Part shown: piece after piece, positions 11,082 to 23,315 of the stretch
Layout of the letters: each line of letters opens with the position of its first letter
Numbering within the stretch: position 1 is the stretch's first letter
DNA from: Atractiella rhizophila
Taxonomy: Eukaryota
Direction of reading: 5' to 3'
Assembly (NCBI GenBank): GCA_021432655.1
Contig: MU271190.1
Location: 15,866-79,865, forward strand
DNA length: 64,000 nucleotides
Made by a program: the position numbers and the translations under genes
The notes under the pieces: generated by a model
The model's input: only the letters and a program-made list of their open reading frames with translations
Database searches by the model: none
What the model was told of the DNA's origin: nothing

Positions 11082-11991
11082 AATCCACACTACCCATCTC
11101 GCGTTATCAGCAGATCATAGACACCTCTGACGGCGAGAGAGGACACGAGAGAGAGGGAGTGAGTGAGGCGTCAGAATGCACTCCATTACCCTCTTAATCC
11201 CTCTGCCCTCTTCACACCCCTTTCAAGCACTCAGCTGGCTCTCCGCCTTCCCTCTACATATCTGTTGCCACTGGCACAGTCGTCACCGTTCCCCTCGCTC
11301 CGCCGCCACTTACCAGCCCTTACCTGCGCGCGTTTCTCTCTCAGCTTACCGCTCTCTCTTATCCCATACCAATCTGCAGCTGGTGAGGAGGAGGGAGGGA
11401 GGTCGATAAGGGATGCCGAACGAATGCAGCAGCAGGGAAAGACGACATCGGCTAGCCCTGCCCACCTCGTCTGCAGCCGCCGCCTCCTTCACCTCTGGCA
11501 GACCGCCATACCAGGTCGTCTACCCCGTGTGTTCTGTCTCCTTCTCTGTCTTTGTTCGGATATGGACATCGGAGAGGTGGAGGAGGGCGAGAGGCATGTC
11601 GGATGACCATGAAGAATAAATGTGGTTAAAGACAGCTGCTTTCACCTACTGCCGTCTCCTTAACTAACCCTCGCTCTCCTCTGGAGCTCAACCGTCGTCC
11701 ACCCTTGCGTTGCTCGCCAGAAGCTGCTAGCACGTTTCAAATCCAGTGTCGTCTTGTCTTCAATAATATATTGCAATGTGTTGAAACGAGTTCAATGTAA
11801 TCACAATATAGAATATCGGGGAAATGAAACTTGGTCATTTGTTAGATGCCACATGATAACAGAGAAGAGGATGATGGATACATGACAAGTACAAAGATTC
11901 TGGCTGAACAATTAGTTGAATCATTAACCACACTTGTACATGGGTTGCCCATTGGCTGATAGTGTTCGAGAATTGCTCGACTGAAAAGCTA

Positions 11992-13083
11992 TCACATAGG
12001 TGACCATGCTCCTATTCTAAAGCTGCTAGCTCCTCCACACTTCGGAACGTGATAGGCTTGTCCTTCCAATTCCATAGAAGAAGCTTTGGTGGAGCTGTCG
12101 ACACGCAGATGTCCTGCTGGACAGCAGGCACTGCCGTCGTCGAGTTGCTGCTCCGTCTGAGGTGGGCCCATCGAAAGGAGGCTCTTGAATTGGTCGATAG
12201 CGATAGATTGATGGTCGAAAGGGGAGATGAGATGTTGGAGGCCGGGAGATTGAGCCAACAAGATCCACAGCATGGATGGAAGGTAGCACTCGGAGTTTAG
12301 GGCGAGCGAAGCAGAAAAATCAAGCAGGTCTTCCCCTGAATGGAAAATTTCTCCGAGAAGTCGGTATGGAACGGGTTGTGTATGAATCCATAGCTGGCTT
12401 TAGTGCTGGCAAATCCACAAGAGAACTGGCGGCAGGATAAGCAGCATAAGCAGAAGTCACATCCATAAATCACGCACCTTGTCGACGATTGACCTACACC
12501 CTCGGGACTTCTTGCTAAAATCGAATACTGTCGGGGTATCCCCTTTGATATACTCGTGCATACCCGCTTGAAATTTATGGGAAACAGACGGGATTCTCTC
12601 ATCCATCGTAACTAGAGACTTGTCTCGCCATGAGATGCCATGATCTGGATACAACTCAAGATTCCTTTGCTGTTGGAGAAGTAGAGGCGAGTCGGCATGA
12701 ACTTTGAAGGTCTGGTAAAGGTCTTTTAAAACCGGCAACACCCGAGCACCGAAGTGGCTCAAAACATCCTCGGCAAGACAGACCTCATCCATGTGCATGT
12801 ACTCCGTGTAGATTGTAAACCTCGAGGCAAGATTGTCGACAGCCCCAGAAACGAGAATATCATCCGTCACACTTGGGCTGTCCAAAAAGTTAAACAACTG
12901 TTGAGCGAGACGAGGACCCATGTCGGGCTCTCGAATCGCGGCATATGGAAGAATATGTGGCGTAACTAGCCTTGAGGTGTGGGGTGATTTGTGACTGCTT
13001 CTATGGATGCAGGTAATCTTGGGGACAGGGAAGTGGGTATCCTGAAGAAACTGTTTGAGCCTCAAAATTTGGCTTCGCGACAT
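11992..13083 (-). pseudogene. Repeated-family gene (MSRSQILRLKQFLQD...), putative PD-(D/E)xK-like nuclease; frameshifted in exon 2
   Basis: Paralogue of 52986-54006. A 1-nt loss near 12315 (CLIFLLRSP* vs CLIFSASLAL) breaks the frame. Fold assignment is inference. Confidence 0.6.
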
Positions 13084-13377
13084 GCTTAACGGGAGATTAG
13101 AACCTTTCTTCCTGCATATCTTTTAGCATAGGATACAACAGACAATCCCCTGATCAGTATGACGTACCGGGAGGTTTAGCTGAGGACTTGGGTGAGGAGT
13201 CAAATGCGTTGTTGTCGTGATCTCGGGAGTTGCTCCAAGCTTTCGGTTCCGGATATTATCTTTGTCCACCTTGCTTTCCTTCAGCAGTGCAGCCGTCTTC
13301 TTCGTCACCTCTCACAGAGATTAAAGATTGCCCCGCCGCTGTCGCCCCATAACTGGATGGCTCCTTTTGGCTTGAGG

Positions 13378-13563
13378 CCTAAAAGATCCCCAATCACACA
13401 GAAGTGAGCACAATGAAATGTATTATGATGTGATTTGGTATAAAGTACATCTATTCGAAAGCGTACCTAAAAGATCCCCAATCACACAGAAGTGAGCACA
13501 ATGAAATGTATTATGATGTGATTGGGGAAAGAAAATATGGATTCCCAGGTGCCTCCTTATAAG
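13378..13563 (-). promoter_or_regulatory. TATA + hairpin-exon / duplicated-3'-end intron module, instance 2
   Basis: 58-nt perfect direct repeat at 13378-13435 and 13466-13523. 12-bp inverted repeat at 13475-13486 and 13517-13528. Minus-strand GTACGC...TTTTAG intron at 13466-13379 (88 nt). TATAA at 13561-13557. Confidence 0.7.
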
Positions 13564-13869
13564 ACCGGACTTGCGGTGAAGTGCCACATGTTTGCATCTG
13601 CATCGGAACGCGCGGCAAACACCTCAACACACTTCATATCTCCACCCCATCTTGCCTTGCAACACCCTCGCTCATTCTTGCGTTGACTCCTCAAGAAGTC
13701 GTTAGCGTCATTATTCATTCACGGTCAAGTGTTGTCTTGTCTTCATGTTGCACTCTCTTAAACTCTAAAACGATTTCAATGCACTCACAATGAAGAGTAT
13801 TTTGGGAAATCAGTTATTTGATATGAAATGACAAAGAGAAGAGGATGACAGATACTTGACAACTGTTGG

Positions 13870-14050
13870 GTAGGCGGGGACCATTCCTAGCTCTCGAATA
13901 CCGGCATAAGGGTGGATTCCAATTTGTAGAATTTGCCCAGGGACCGAGCATGACAGCACTCGTTGTTCGCGTGAGAGTCTGATGGTTAGGGAAGCGGGTA
14001 TGCTGAAGAAACGTTTTCAGCCGAAAAACTTGGCTTCGTGACAAAATGCG
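13870..14050 (-). pseudogene. Diverged, truncated paralogue of the MSRSQ family
   Basis: LSRSQVFRLKTFLQHTRFP matches MSRSQILRLKQFLQDTHFP, then degenerates. Confidence 0.7.
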
Positions 14051-14204
14051 AAAAGATATACATGCTGTGTCCATGAGACAAGCCGTCATGCATAACAAGA
14101 ATACGCACCTCAGTCCATTGTAGTATTTGTACTACGTACGACGTTAGTGTCAATGTTGACCTCCGAATACCTAGACGAGTACGATGCAAGCTCAAAATCT
14201 TAGG

Positions 14205-14572
14205 ACGTGATCTCTACCTCTTTCATGGCACTTGGTCAAATTTGACGTTGACGAACTTTCGACTTGTGCGACCATTCTGACTAAATCCAGCTTCTGTGGA
14301 AGGCGTGTGACTTTCACATTTGGCCAGGGCAGGGGTTACGTGGGTTATATAAGCAGTTAAGGTGCACTAGATCAACTCTGTTCTGTTGGCTGTGGGAGCT
14401 GTGAACTCGTCATGGGGAAGAGGGCTGATGCTCTTCGCTGGGAGCACAGGAGGTCAGAAACTTGACTGCCCACTACGATGATAACCCATCGACTGACACC
14501 ATCCCCTTTCCTTACCGTTCTCGCATTAATCTCGTCCGTTCATATCCACCCGCATCGGCAGAACCCCTCACC
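14205..14572 (+). repeat. Duplicated promoter, 5'UTR and signal-peptide segment of the TRP-like gene (source 19646-20013)
   Basis: ~368-bp near-identical direct copy including TTATATAA and ATGATAACC. A 1-nt deletion stops the copied ORF early. Confidence 0.95.
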
Positions 14573-14611
14573 TACCAGGTTACACTAGTACCCATCTTTT
14601 TCTCGGTCAAT

Positions 14612-14962
14612 ATGTCCGGTCCCGTGTCGCTCCGACCAACCTACATCAAAGGTTACGAACTAAGCTACAGGAAGTTAGCCGACAGGCTCGGAGTGACTTC
14701 GAAAACTGATCCGAAGGTTTTGTCTGCCGTAGAAATGACTGTCCACGATTGGATCGGTCGAGACCAATATCTTTTCATCGGTGGCGCAACGGAGCGTGAC
14801 GCCACGACGAATCAACCTCGTTTCGTTACAGTTGTTGTCTTAGACGAGGATTACGATGAAGCGAAATTGAAAAATCGAATAACACCCGATTTCGTTGTAG
14901 ATGAGAAAGTGAAGAGATTGGCTTTGGGGGATGAAGTTAGGGTTTGGGAGAGATGCATCTAA
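14612..14962 (+). CDS. Small hypothetical protein (116 aa)
   Basis: Intronless ORF MSGPVSLRPTYIKGYELSY...VWERCI with protein-like composition. Confidence 0.55.
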   Translation: MSGPVSLRPTYIKGYELSYRKLADRLGVTSKTDPKVLSAVEMTVHDWIGRDQYLFIGGATERDATTNQPRFVTVVVLDEDYDEAKLKNRITPDFVVDEKVKRLALGDEVRVWERCI

Positions 14963-15244
14963 AGAATATCAATGTGAGCAAATGTTCTATTGTCTCTGTG
15001 GACTGGGGTGGAGAAGGCATTTTCTACGTCTTTCTAACAAGACTTTCGGCTAGTCTGCGATCATAATCTCCATCGCGCCAGTACTTCACGTAACGTAACT
15101 ACTCTGAATATGTTCTGTGGGCTTCGGTGACACTGTCTAGATATTAGTCTTTATAAGTTTAACTTCGGTGGGTTGCATTTGAGAATGATTTGTTCACCAT
15201 AGCTACAATAACCGTACCAGTGGGGAGGTTTGAGAAAGTTTTGC

Positions 15245-15435
15245 ATGACACAGTGTAAGAGGTCCATAACCAGACTTTCCAGAGGTGTGCCTATTACCCT
15301 CATCTGTGTTATCTTCAGTTATCTGGATGCCCACGAATGCACCAAGCTCTCCCACGTCTGCAAACTCTGGAAATATGTCTCGGTTCCTTATTGGGACGTA
15401 CCAGGTACCGTGGCGGAGAAACTTGCTCGCATGCA
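15245..15435 (+). pseudogene. F-box fragment of the same family as 8522-10051
   Basis: PITLICVIFSYLD...LSHVCKLWKYVSVPYW...TVAEKLAR. Confidence 0.65.
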
Positions 15436-16065
15436 ACTGAATCATGACGGACAGATTTCGGCCACAATGGCAACGCCCAGTCCCCAACACCATCCATCCC
15501 CTTCACGCCCTTCATGCAACATCACTTTTATCCCACCCTTCCATCATTCGACCTCCCCAGAATGCCTTCTTTGCTTTCCCAAAGGAGGTGTTGGACCTCA
15601 TTTTCTAGAATCTCTTTCAGCAGGAGTCCAGCAATCCAAGTTGGGATCTCTGGCACCACCAGATCAGGAAGTACCTACTACTGTGTTGACACCAGAACTG
15701 TGAAGTCGGACACTTGGTCCGATCCATACCGGCGGCAGAGATTTCTCTCGCGACAGGCATCATGTATGTCCAGTTGAAATATGGCTCCTTGTTGTCTGAA
15801 AAACTCCTCAAAAATGGATGAGCAGTGGCAACCTCATGATGGTGGCGAAGTTCAGCTGCTGTCGCTGTTCGACCCTGAGTCGCATGCCCTCGTGGGAAGA
15901 AATCACGTTGAAGTGACATTCCGATTGCACGAGTAACGGCATTAGGCATTCAGGGAGCTGAAACAGTTGCCCTAATGTGTTCTTCACTCGGCGGAAAGCG
16001 TTCACGATGTCACGATCTCCAGTGTCATGGACGGGAGGAGTTTGGCTTCGAGAAGCATGTGAGGC

Positions 16066-16568
16066 TCAAATGATCCAGCATTGAGTGTCATGATGCACAA
16101 GAGATTGATACTGATCAAGATTACCATGAGCTTGCCAGACTAGCAAACGAATTAGAGAAAATAAGTGATGGAATGACCACAGGGTTATACGAGGCGTTGG
16201 GTGTTGTACTACGAGAGGTGAATCGTGCAACTGGACCACAATATGGAGATGTCCAGGCACTCGAACTTCTCCCCAATAATCCGATAGCCGACAGGCAGGG
16301 TCCAGTTCTTTTAATCTTTCGGATGGGAACTTGGTCGTCTTCAGAAGATCTTGCTTACTGGTTCCTTTGGGTTTAGCATCCACAAATCAAATTCTTTTCT
16401 GTGCAGTTTTTCGCCCCACTTTGAAGGATTGCCTATTCTAACTCAGCAATCGCAATCGTTTTGATCCCAGGAAATTCGATAACAGACGTTTTTCCAACTA
16501 GCTGATTTTCATCACGGGATTGCACTACTTGATACAGTAAATCATAAACGTCGTTGTGGGCCGACATT
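16066..16568 (-). pseudogene. Crinkler (CRN)-type N-terminal ubiquitin-like header, degraded
   Basis: LKELDPACRLSDYWGEVRVPGHLHIVVQL resembles the L.P...LS.Y...HIHIVV.. end of the CRN header. The upstream frame (MSAHNDVYDLLYQVV) has a stop or frameshift. Confidence 0.6.
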
Positions 16569-17395
16569 GCACTCAAGATGGGACTAGAGTTGGACGAGTT
16601 GGGAATCTTGGGATGAAGAACGAACTTATGCAATGCATCGTGAGTTTGCGAAAGTGGCCAGAAGACGCAAGGAGAAAAAGTTTTGCGCTCTGATTTTGAG
16701 GAGATTTGCCCATCTAACATCAATACTTTTGGACCTGTTTTAACACTGACGGACGCCGACCCTTGGGTCTGCTGCACAACCGACAACGCCTCCGCCAGCG
16801 CAACCGCCACCGTTACTTCCGCCTCCGCCTCCTCAGCGTCTCTCACCCTAATCCCCCACCCTGCAAATGTGGCGAGCGCTCGACGGAGCACACCCTCTCC
16901 AAAGAGGGACCCAACAAGGGTCGGCTCTAGAGGCGAACCTGTACGGTACTGAAGGTGTGGGGGATGAAGCTTCTGAGCGACACTCAGGAGGAGGCGGGCT
17001 CCAAGCGAGCTCAGACGAGTGGGAGGGAGGATCAGGAGAGGGGAGCATGCGGTGTCTGTGTGGACTGAAAGCCATCCTGCTCACCGTCTCCAAAGAACGT
17101 CCGTCCCTCCTTTCTACTCCGTACTCCACTGGCTTCTACTCCACTGGGCCAATCTGATGGCTGACGATACACAGGCCTGAATATGAGCCGTCGGTATTAT
17201 AAATGCCTAAAGGTGTCAACGACCGCCAAATGCACCTTCTTCTAGTGAGCGGACGTGGCGAGTGGGGCGGGACTGCCGCCTGGCGCATGCTTCAGTTGTG
17301 GGATGGTGGGCCACTGAACGAAGAATTGTCGGCAGCCGGAGCAGTGATGGGTGGGAGAGGGTATGTCGTGACAAAATCGTGCGCCTCCTCCTTTC

Positions 17396-17620
17396 GCCAC
17401 TTGCGCACTTGCGCGTTTCCACTTTCGTCGAGCGTGTTCTGGAACTGTGGCAACTTCTCTTTTGCCACAGGGATCTTAGCTATAAAAGCCTTTCACCTGC
17501 AAGTGCGAGACTCACACTTATTTGTTATCTCGCACTTCGCAGGTAATGTAGTTCCCTTACACACTAAATGCAACACACACTTATTTGTTATCTCGCACTT
17601 CGCAGCGCTCGCACATTTGT
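17396..17620 (+). promoter_or_regulatory. TATA + hairpin-exon / duplicated-3'-end intron module, instance 3 (homologous to 51247-51469)
   Basis: TATAAAA at 17481. 10-bp stem at 17501-17510 and 17528-17537. 30-nt direct repeat at 17513-17542 and 17576-17605. GTAATGT...GCAG intron at 17543-17605 (63 nt). Upstream CTGTGGCAA/TTGCCACAG inverted repeat. Confidence 0.7.
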
Positions 17621-18687
17621 CATGTCGGTTAGGATTATAGGAGGAATATGGAGCAGAATATAGTGAGCTGCATGAGACGGCCATTTGCTGAGCATGAGGT
17701 GTTATCTTCGAGTTTCGAGACGCGCATTCTTCGTTCTTTGCGGTTGCTTGTATTGTTATCGTGCTGTCAAAGATATGTAGCCCCTCACTTGGCCTCACTC
17801 TGACGATTTGAAGTCTCTAGACTAGACCGAAATAGGCTGAACGATTCACAATGACCTGGACGACTCAGCTCATCGCCCAGGGGGTGATGAAATAAAACAC
17901 TCACGGAGTTCAAACGCGACTTTAACAAGTCCACATATAGGCGACCACGTCAACGGAACGTAATTTACTTGCTCTTGCCCAGCATTCTTACGCTCGCGGT
18001 TCCTGATCTGCAAGCGCGTCGTCTATGTGCTGAAGCTCTCTGATGTCCACTTCCTGATGACTTTATGATGCTCTTCCCCAGCTGGTAGAAAGACGAGATT
18101 ATGCACGAATGAACGTCCCCATTGTAACTTACTAATGGAGCGCTCACGACGCGAGAATAAACAACACAGAGGCAGAAGCAGCTGTCGAGGAGGGTCCAGG
18201 CATGGAGGCAGCGATGGCCGAATGGAATCAAGGTGACTGGGGCTGGATGACCGTATAGCCTCTCCAATCTGCAGCAACCATATCCATCGTACCATCCTCA
18301 AACCCAGATCACCCCAATACAACAAAACAGGAAGAAGTGGAGACGAGATTTGAAGATTATCTCCATCTGATCCGAGCTTACAGAGCAAATGGTCCGCACA
18401 GAAAATAGGTGGGGCACATAAAGTATTCGACTAAGAAGTTGGGGAAGGATTTGTAGGGGATTGAATTTGGAGGAAACCGATTCCTAAATTTCATGGTAAC
18501 AATGTCCAGGGATCGGTATGTAAATTTAAACACAAAGTACGAGAACAGGATGGTGCGAGAATGAGGTATGCGAAAATACACCGACCTCATGCCTCAACAG
18601 CAAACCCATAGAAAGGACTTAAGCGACAGGGGAACCGAATGTATGAGTGCTAGATCGATGCGTAGGAGAAGGGCTGGAGATGAAGAG

Positions 18688-19221
18688 TCATTTACATTCA
18701 GGTGAATGCTTTGAAAACATACGGTGGTGATGGAACTCGTTGTGATGGTCTATTGACCTTTTCTCGCTGAAGCTGCTCGAGCTGCTCCACTGAGGATTGT
18801 ATTGGTTAAAATTAATTCTGTGTAGCATGCAGGACTTACTCTTTTCCGCAGCTGACAGACAATGGCAAGCAGAGGTTTGGATGGCCTCTTCAATGACCCT
18901 CAGTCTTTCACCCACGTTGACGTTCTCTAAGCCTGTCGTTCGAGCTCTGATCTCCTGCATTAAGACCTCCCCCTGCCTATCGACCTTCTGTTCAAGTTGT
19001 GTGATTTGGCGAGATTGATGTTGGAAGAGCTGCTGTAGTTGAATGACATGTTCTCCTTGCCCATCGACTTTCCATTCAAGTCCAGAGATCTGTTGCGACT
19101 GTTGTTGAATCTGTCTCGATAGGTCTGAGATGAGAGGGAGTAGTTGGGCTACAACTGCCGAGGCGACATCGGTGACTGGTGGAGGGACTTGTGGCGTACT
19201 TGTAGACTGGTGCGAGGACAT
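18688..19221 (-). CDS. Hypothetical coiled-coil protein (probably spliced after ~18838)
   Basis: Q-rich heptads with an internal duplication (QQISGLEWKVDGQGE / RQITQLEQKVDRQGE). GTAAGT donor near 18838. Confidence 0.5.
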   Translation of the reverse strand: MSSHQSTSTPQVPPPVTDVASAVVAQLLPLISDLSRQIQQQSQQISGLEWKVDGQGEHVIQLQQLFQHQSRQITQLEQKVDRQGEVLMQEIRARTTGLENVNVGERLRVIEEAIQTSACHCLSAAEKSKSCMLHRINFNQYNPQWSSSSSFSEKRSIDHHNEFHHHRMFSKHSPECK

Positions 19222-19917
19222 AGCTGCTATTGTTATTGGTTGAGAGGGTGGAGACGAGTAAAAAAGGGGAGTGGAGGTTATTATTTTTGATCTCGTGATC
19301 AGTCACAAAAGGGGAAGGTGGCACACTCGCAAAGGTTCACGGAATTTCTCATCTATATCCTATACTCCTATCCTGAGATTCATCAGTTCTTGGCATGAGT
19401 CATAAAACGCACTTTTGAGCGCTCATACGCCCTCACCAGGCATATTGAAATGAAATGAGTTACACCATCTTACCGCATATGTTGCGCCTTTCTGAAGCTG
19501 CAAGGTAATTTTATTTTGGAGTAGTGAGAAAAGTGTTTTGCAGTGGACTCGAACCCTTACAGGGGTCACAGTAACCTTGCGAGTGGGTGGGGGCCTGAGC
19601 TTAGTTGTTTTGTTCTTAATCTCAACGAGCGAGAAGTGTTTCAGCACGTGATCTCTACCTCTTTCACGGCACTTGGTCAAATTTGGCGTTGACGAACTTT
19701 CGACTTGTGCGACCATTCTGACTAAATCCAGCTTCTGTGGAAGGCGTGTGACTTTCACATTTGGCCAGGGCAGGGGTTACGTGGGTTATATAAGCAGTTA
19801 AGGTGCGCTAGATCAACTCTGTTCTGTTGGCTGTGGGAGCTGTGAACTCGTCATGGGGAAAGGGCTGATGCTCTTCGCTGGGAGCACAGGAGGTCAGAAA
19901 CTTGACTACCCACTACG

Positions 19918-22900
19918 ATGATAACCCATCGACTGACACCATCCCCTTTCTTTACCATTCTCGCATTAATCTCGTCCGTTCATATCCACCCCACATCGGC
20001 AGAACCCCTCACCATCTCCCTCAACTCTCCTTCTTTCACCTCTTGCCTTAACACTCGCTCCGAGTTCGCGGCTCCAGCAGAGCAGCGGCTGGAGATCTCC
20101 CAGTTCTACGCCACCTTTGACACAGGACAAACATCACCCGGAGACTCCGGCGCTGGGGTACCTGTTGGAGGCCTTTTTGGGGGAATATTGGGGAATGGGA
20201 AGAAGGATCTTCTCCGTCTTGTTGGCGTGGGGACGGTCGGAGCCCAGTCTACTGGTTTTTCGAGCGAAACCAACTTCCTGTCCACGTTCGTTGTCGATAG
20301 CTCCGTGCTCAGTTTTCAGACCTTCAAGAATCAAAGCGCCTTATGCCATTCCATCCGCGAACCTGGATTCACAGGTTCAACAGACGGGGGGGACGCGCTA
20401 TCTGGATGTCCCTACGGTCCGGGCGATATTGCAGTGGGAGTTACCATCCCGCTCGATTATTCGTATCCTTTAACCACCATCAACTCTCGCTTCTCCGTCC
20501 TCGATACGAGTACACCTCCTCTCACACTCGCATGTTGGAATGTCGCCGTCACGCCTTATTATCCGCATGGGTATTACTACAAGCTCATCCTCTGGCTGCC
20601 AGTTTCCCTCGTCATCTGCTACTCCATTCTTCTCATTTCCGCTCGCGTTTACGCAGCCTACACATCTCTCCTAAGCGAACGAGAAACATTTCTAGCAGCT
20701 TCGGACGATGTTCAACAACAAGCAGATCAAGGAAGTAAGGTCGGAACGGTTTGGTGGAGAGCTTGGAGTGGCTTTGGGTTACAGGATAGCGGCAGTCTCC
20801 TCCGATTTGAGACGCCTGGGGTGTTGGATATCTGGGGAGCGGTTATTTGGACGTGGATGTTGGGCACTGTCGCCGTCAACTGGCCTGGCTTTGTCTGTAC
20901 GTTGACGCGACTCTCTTATACCTCTCTCATCAACGTATCGCAGATCCCATCCTTGCTCAAGTGTCCTGGTCTGCACTCCTCTTTAGTACAGCTCTCTTTC
21001 CTTCTCTCTCCTTCTGGTGACGATAGTTTACTGCAGATACAAGCCTCCCTACGGATCGGGAGAAATTGCAAGATCCCCTTGTTACGAGCTACAACCCTCC
21101 TTCAGGATACGTCACCCAATTCAACGACCCCTCCTCCCCAATATACATCGCACCAGATGTTCCTAACGTGCTCTCCAATATCGGTGTTGACGGTTCTATA
21201 TCCACCCATGGCATTAGCAATTTTGCTTATGCGATTGGCCTTCGTCCAGAGGATCTATTCCCAACAGCCATAACCTTCTGGCTCATCCTTGTCGGCGCTG
21301 CCATCGTCCTCAGCATTGGCGGTTACGTCATCCGTTTCGTCCATCAAAGAGTCACGAAAGGTGGGGAAAGTGGCAGGCGACGAGATTCGACAGAATCCGA
21401 TGGCTCACAGAGACCCGCCCCAATCCCTCTGCAAGGTGGTATGAGGAAAGAACACTCGGACGGGTCTATCATGGCTGCGTTCAGCACGGATGTTCTACCA
21501 TATGGATCGAATTCGTTGGGTGGTAGTAAGGCATTTGAACCAAAAAAGCCGAACGGGAAGAAGATGTGGAGATTAGGCGCAACAGGTGATGACTATTATA
21601 AGGAGACGATGGGAAGTTATCATTGGAGACTGCTTCACGGTGTGTGCTCTCATCTATCACCAGTATAGCGTAGAGTGCTGAGCAGGAAATAAACAGGGAA
21701 CGTAGTTCGACTTATAATCCTGTTCCAACTGCCTCTTACTATCCTTGCAGTCTATCAGATCTATCTCCACAGCAAAGGAATTGGTTCGACAGCCGCCTTT
21801 GCAGCCGCATGCGTCTCCCTCGCCATTATATCCGTCATCGCTCCTGTCTACATCTCCTTCTTTGTTTACCGCACCCCAGTGGATACACTTACGATGACCT
21901 TCCCACCATCCTTGCATTTGGACCTTTCTACAACGCCTTCGCGCCGGGATGCCAGCTTTTCAGTGCCGTCAGATTCGGCACAAACCTCTTTATTGGTGTG
22001 ATTGTAGGGAGCTTGCAAAGCCAAGGGACAATCCAGGCTGCCGTCATACTCGTAGTGGAGATCGCAGATACTTTGGTGACAGTGAGTAAACTGCTCTTCC
22101 TCCGTTGCTGCTTATCAATGGGTTCCGTGAACGCAGAGTTTATGGCTCCCATGGGGAGAAGATGCAGTAATGGGTCCCTTGGCATTCGTTTTTTCCGTCG
22201 CCAAAATAATCATCGGCGTACTTCTTGTCATTATCAGTCCAGACGTCAAATCCAGTCAAACCGCTATCGGCTGGATCACCTACGTCATCCTCCTCCTGCA
22301 AGCTCTCACCTACCTCCTCATCGTCCTCATCTTCTGCGTCAAATTGGTAGAGCTTGGTCTGCGAATATTTGGACACGTACCGTTCGATGAATCCGGTAGG
22401 AAGAGCTATGGAGGACTAGGTGGAGTTCTCCGGAGGATGGATACAGGTGCCAAGGGATCAACTGGTGGCAAACCCCGTCCTAGCCGTCGACGTCGACGAG
22501 ACCCTTTCGAACAAAGGGATCGACAAAGTGGAAGCAGCTCAGGACCAACAAGACTCATGCTGAAAACATCAATGGGGCACAGCGATAACGCAACTAGCAT
22601 ATCAGGTCAGAGCGGATTTCTGCCAGGCGATGACTACGAGGATAACGGGTTCATTATGTCTGCCATGTCGACAGGACAGTGGGCCAGACCAGTCAGCGGT
22701 CAATACAACGGCTACCTACCACCCGCCAGTTATTCTCAGGATCCGAAGCATAGACCTCCACCAAACCAGTGGAGTCCTAGTCCTTCAGCACCTCCAACCC
22801 AATCCACATCCGGCTTCACTCGAGTGGGAGGATATAAAGCCACGAACAACACTCCTTTCCTCCGTCAAGGCGAAATGGGAAGATATACTGCTGACGATTC

Positions 22901-23315
22901 CCTTGGAGCGAGGTTTGGATCTACCGAGGCCAAATCACGTCCGGGGCTCCCTGTCACGTCGAATCTGCTGTCTAACAGCGCTCAAAACTCATCTAAGAGC
23001 GCTGCCGCTCTCTTGTCACGCCAGGATTCTGACACATCTACTCCTGGAGAAGAAACCAGAACGGGATTCTTCGGTCGATTTACTCGTCCTCGGCGGGCGA
23101 GGAGAGATCCAGAACTGTCGAGCGACGAGGACACGGATGGAACGGACGAAGGGGAACCTTCTTCTCCTCCTCGCAGAACCTTTTTCAATCCTTTCGCCAG
23201 ACGAGGTCCGCGATCGCCTCAGGAAGAGCCCAGTTCCCCTGTTGCTGCCACTGGGTTTGAGGTAGTAAGGCGGCCACGTCCGCGGCCGAATCCTCCGCAA
23301 GATGGACCATCCTAA
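19918..23315 (+). CDS. TRP-like / flavin carrier (FLC/Pkd2 family) membrane protein, multi-exon
   Basis: Signal peptide and Cys-containing ML-like N-domain (GCPYGPG, TLAC), many TM segments, 'VNWPGF', 'FGPFYN.F', and a disordered C-tail. Several GT-AG introns. Confidence 0.8.

Larger units (their letters stand above)
11083..13863 (-). repeat. Copy 1 of a ~2.5-kb inverted duplication (partner 52480-54973)
   Basis: Colinear reverse-complement similarity, and near-identical 208-aa ORFs (12457-13083 and 52986-53612). Copy 1 has an extra ~290 bp (13373-13662). Confidence 0.92.

Noticed and set aside
10260..11197. ORFs with LTLTLT/GLGLGL or 21-aa repeats
   Set aside because: Translations of telomeric and minisatellite DNA, not genes.
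11668..13863. R repeats as LTRs of a retroelement
   Set aside because: No TG..CA ends, PBS/PPT, or gag/pol. The copies are strongly diverged and better explained as 3' ends of tandem paralogues.
19530..19610. Perfect B-box GGGTTCGAGTCC on the minus strand, suggesting a tRNA or other Pol III RNA
   Set aside because: No T-stem, acceptor stem or cloverleaf could be folded, and no recognisable RNase P/MRP or SRP motifs were found. A covariance-model scan would be needed.
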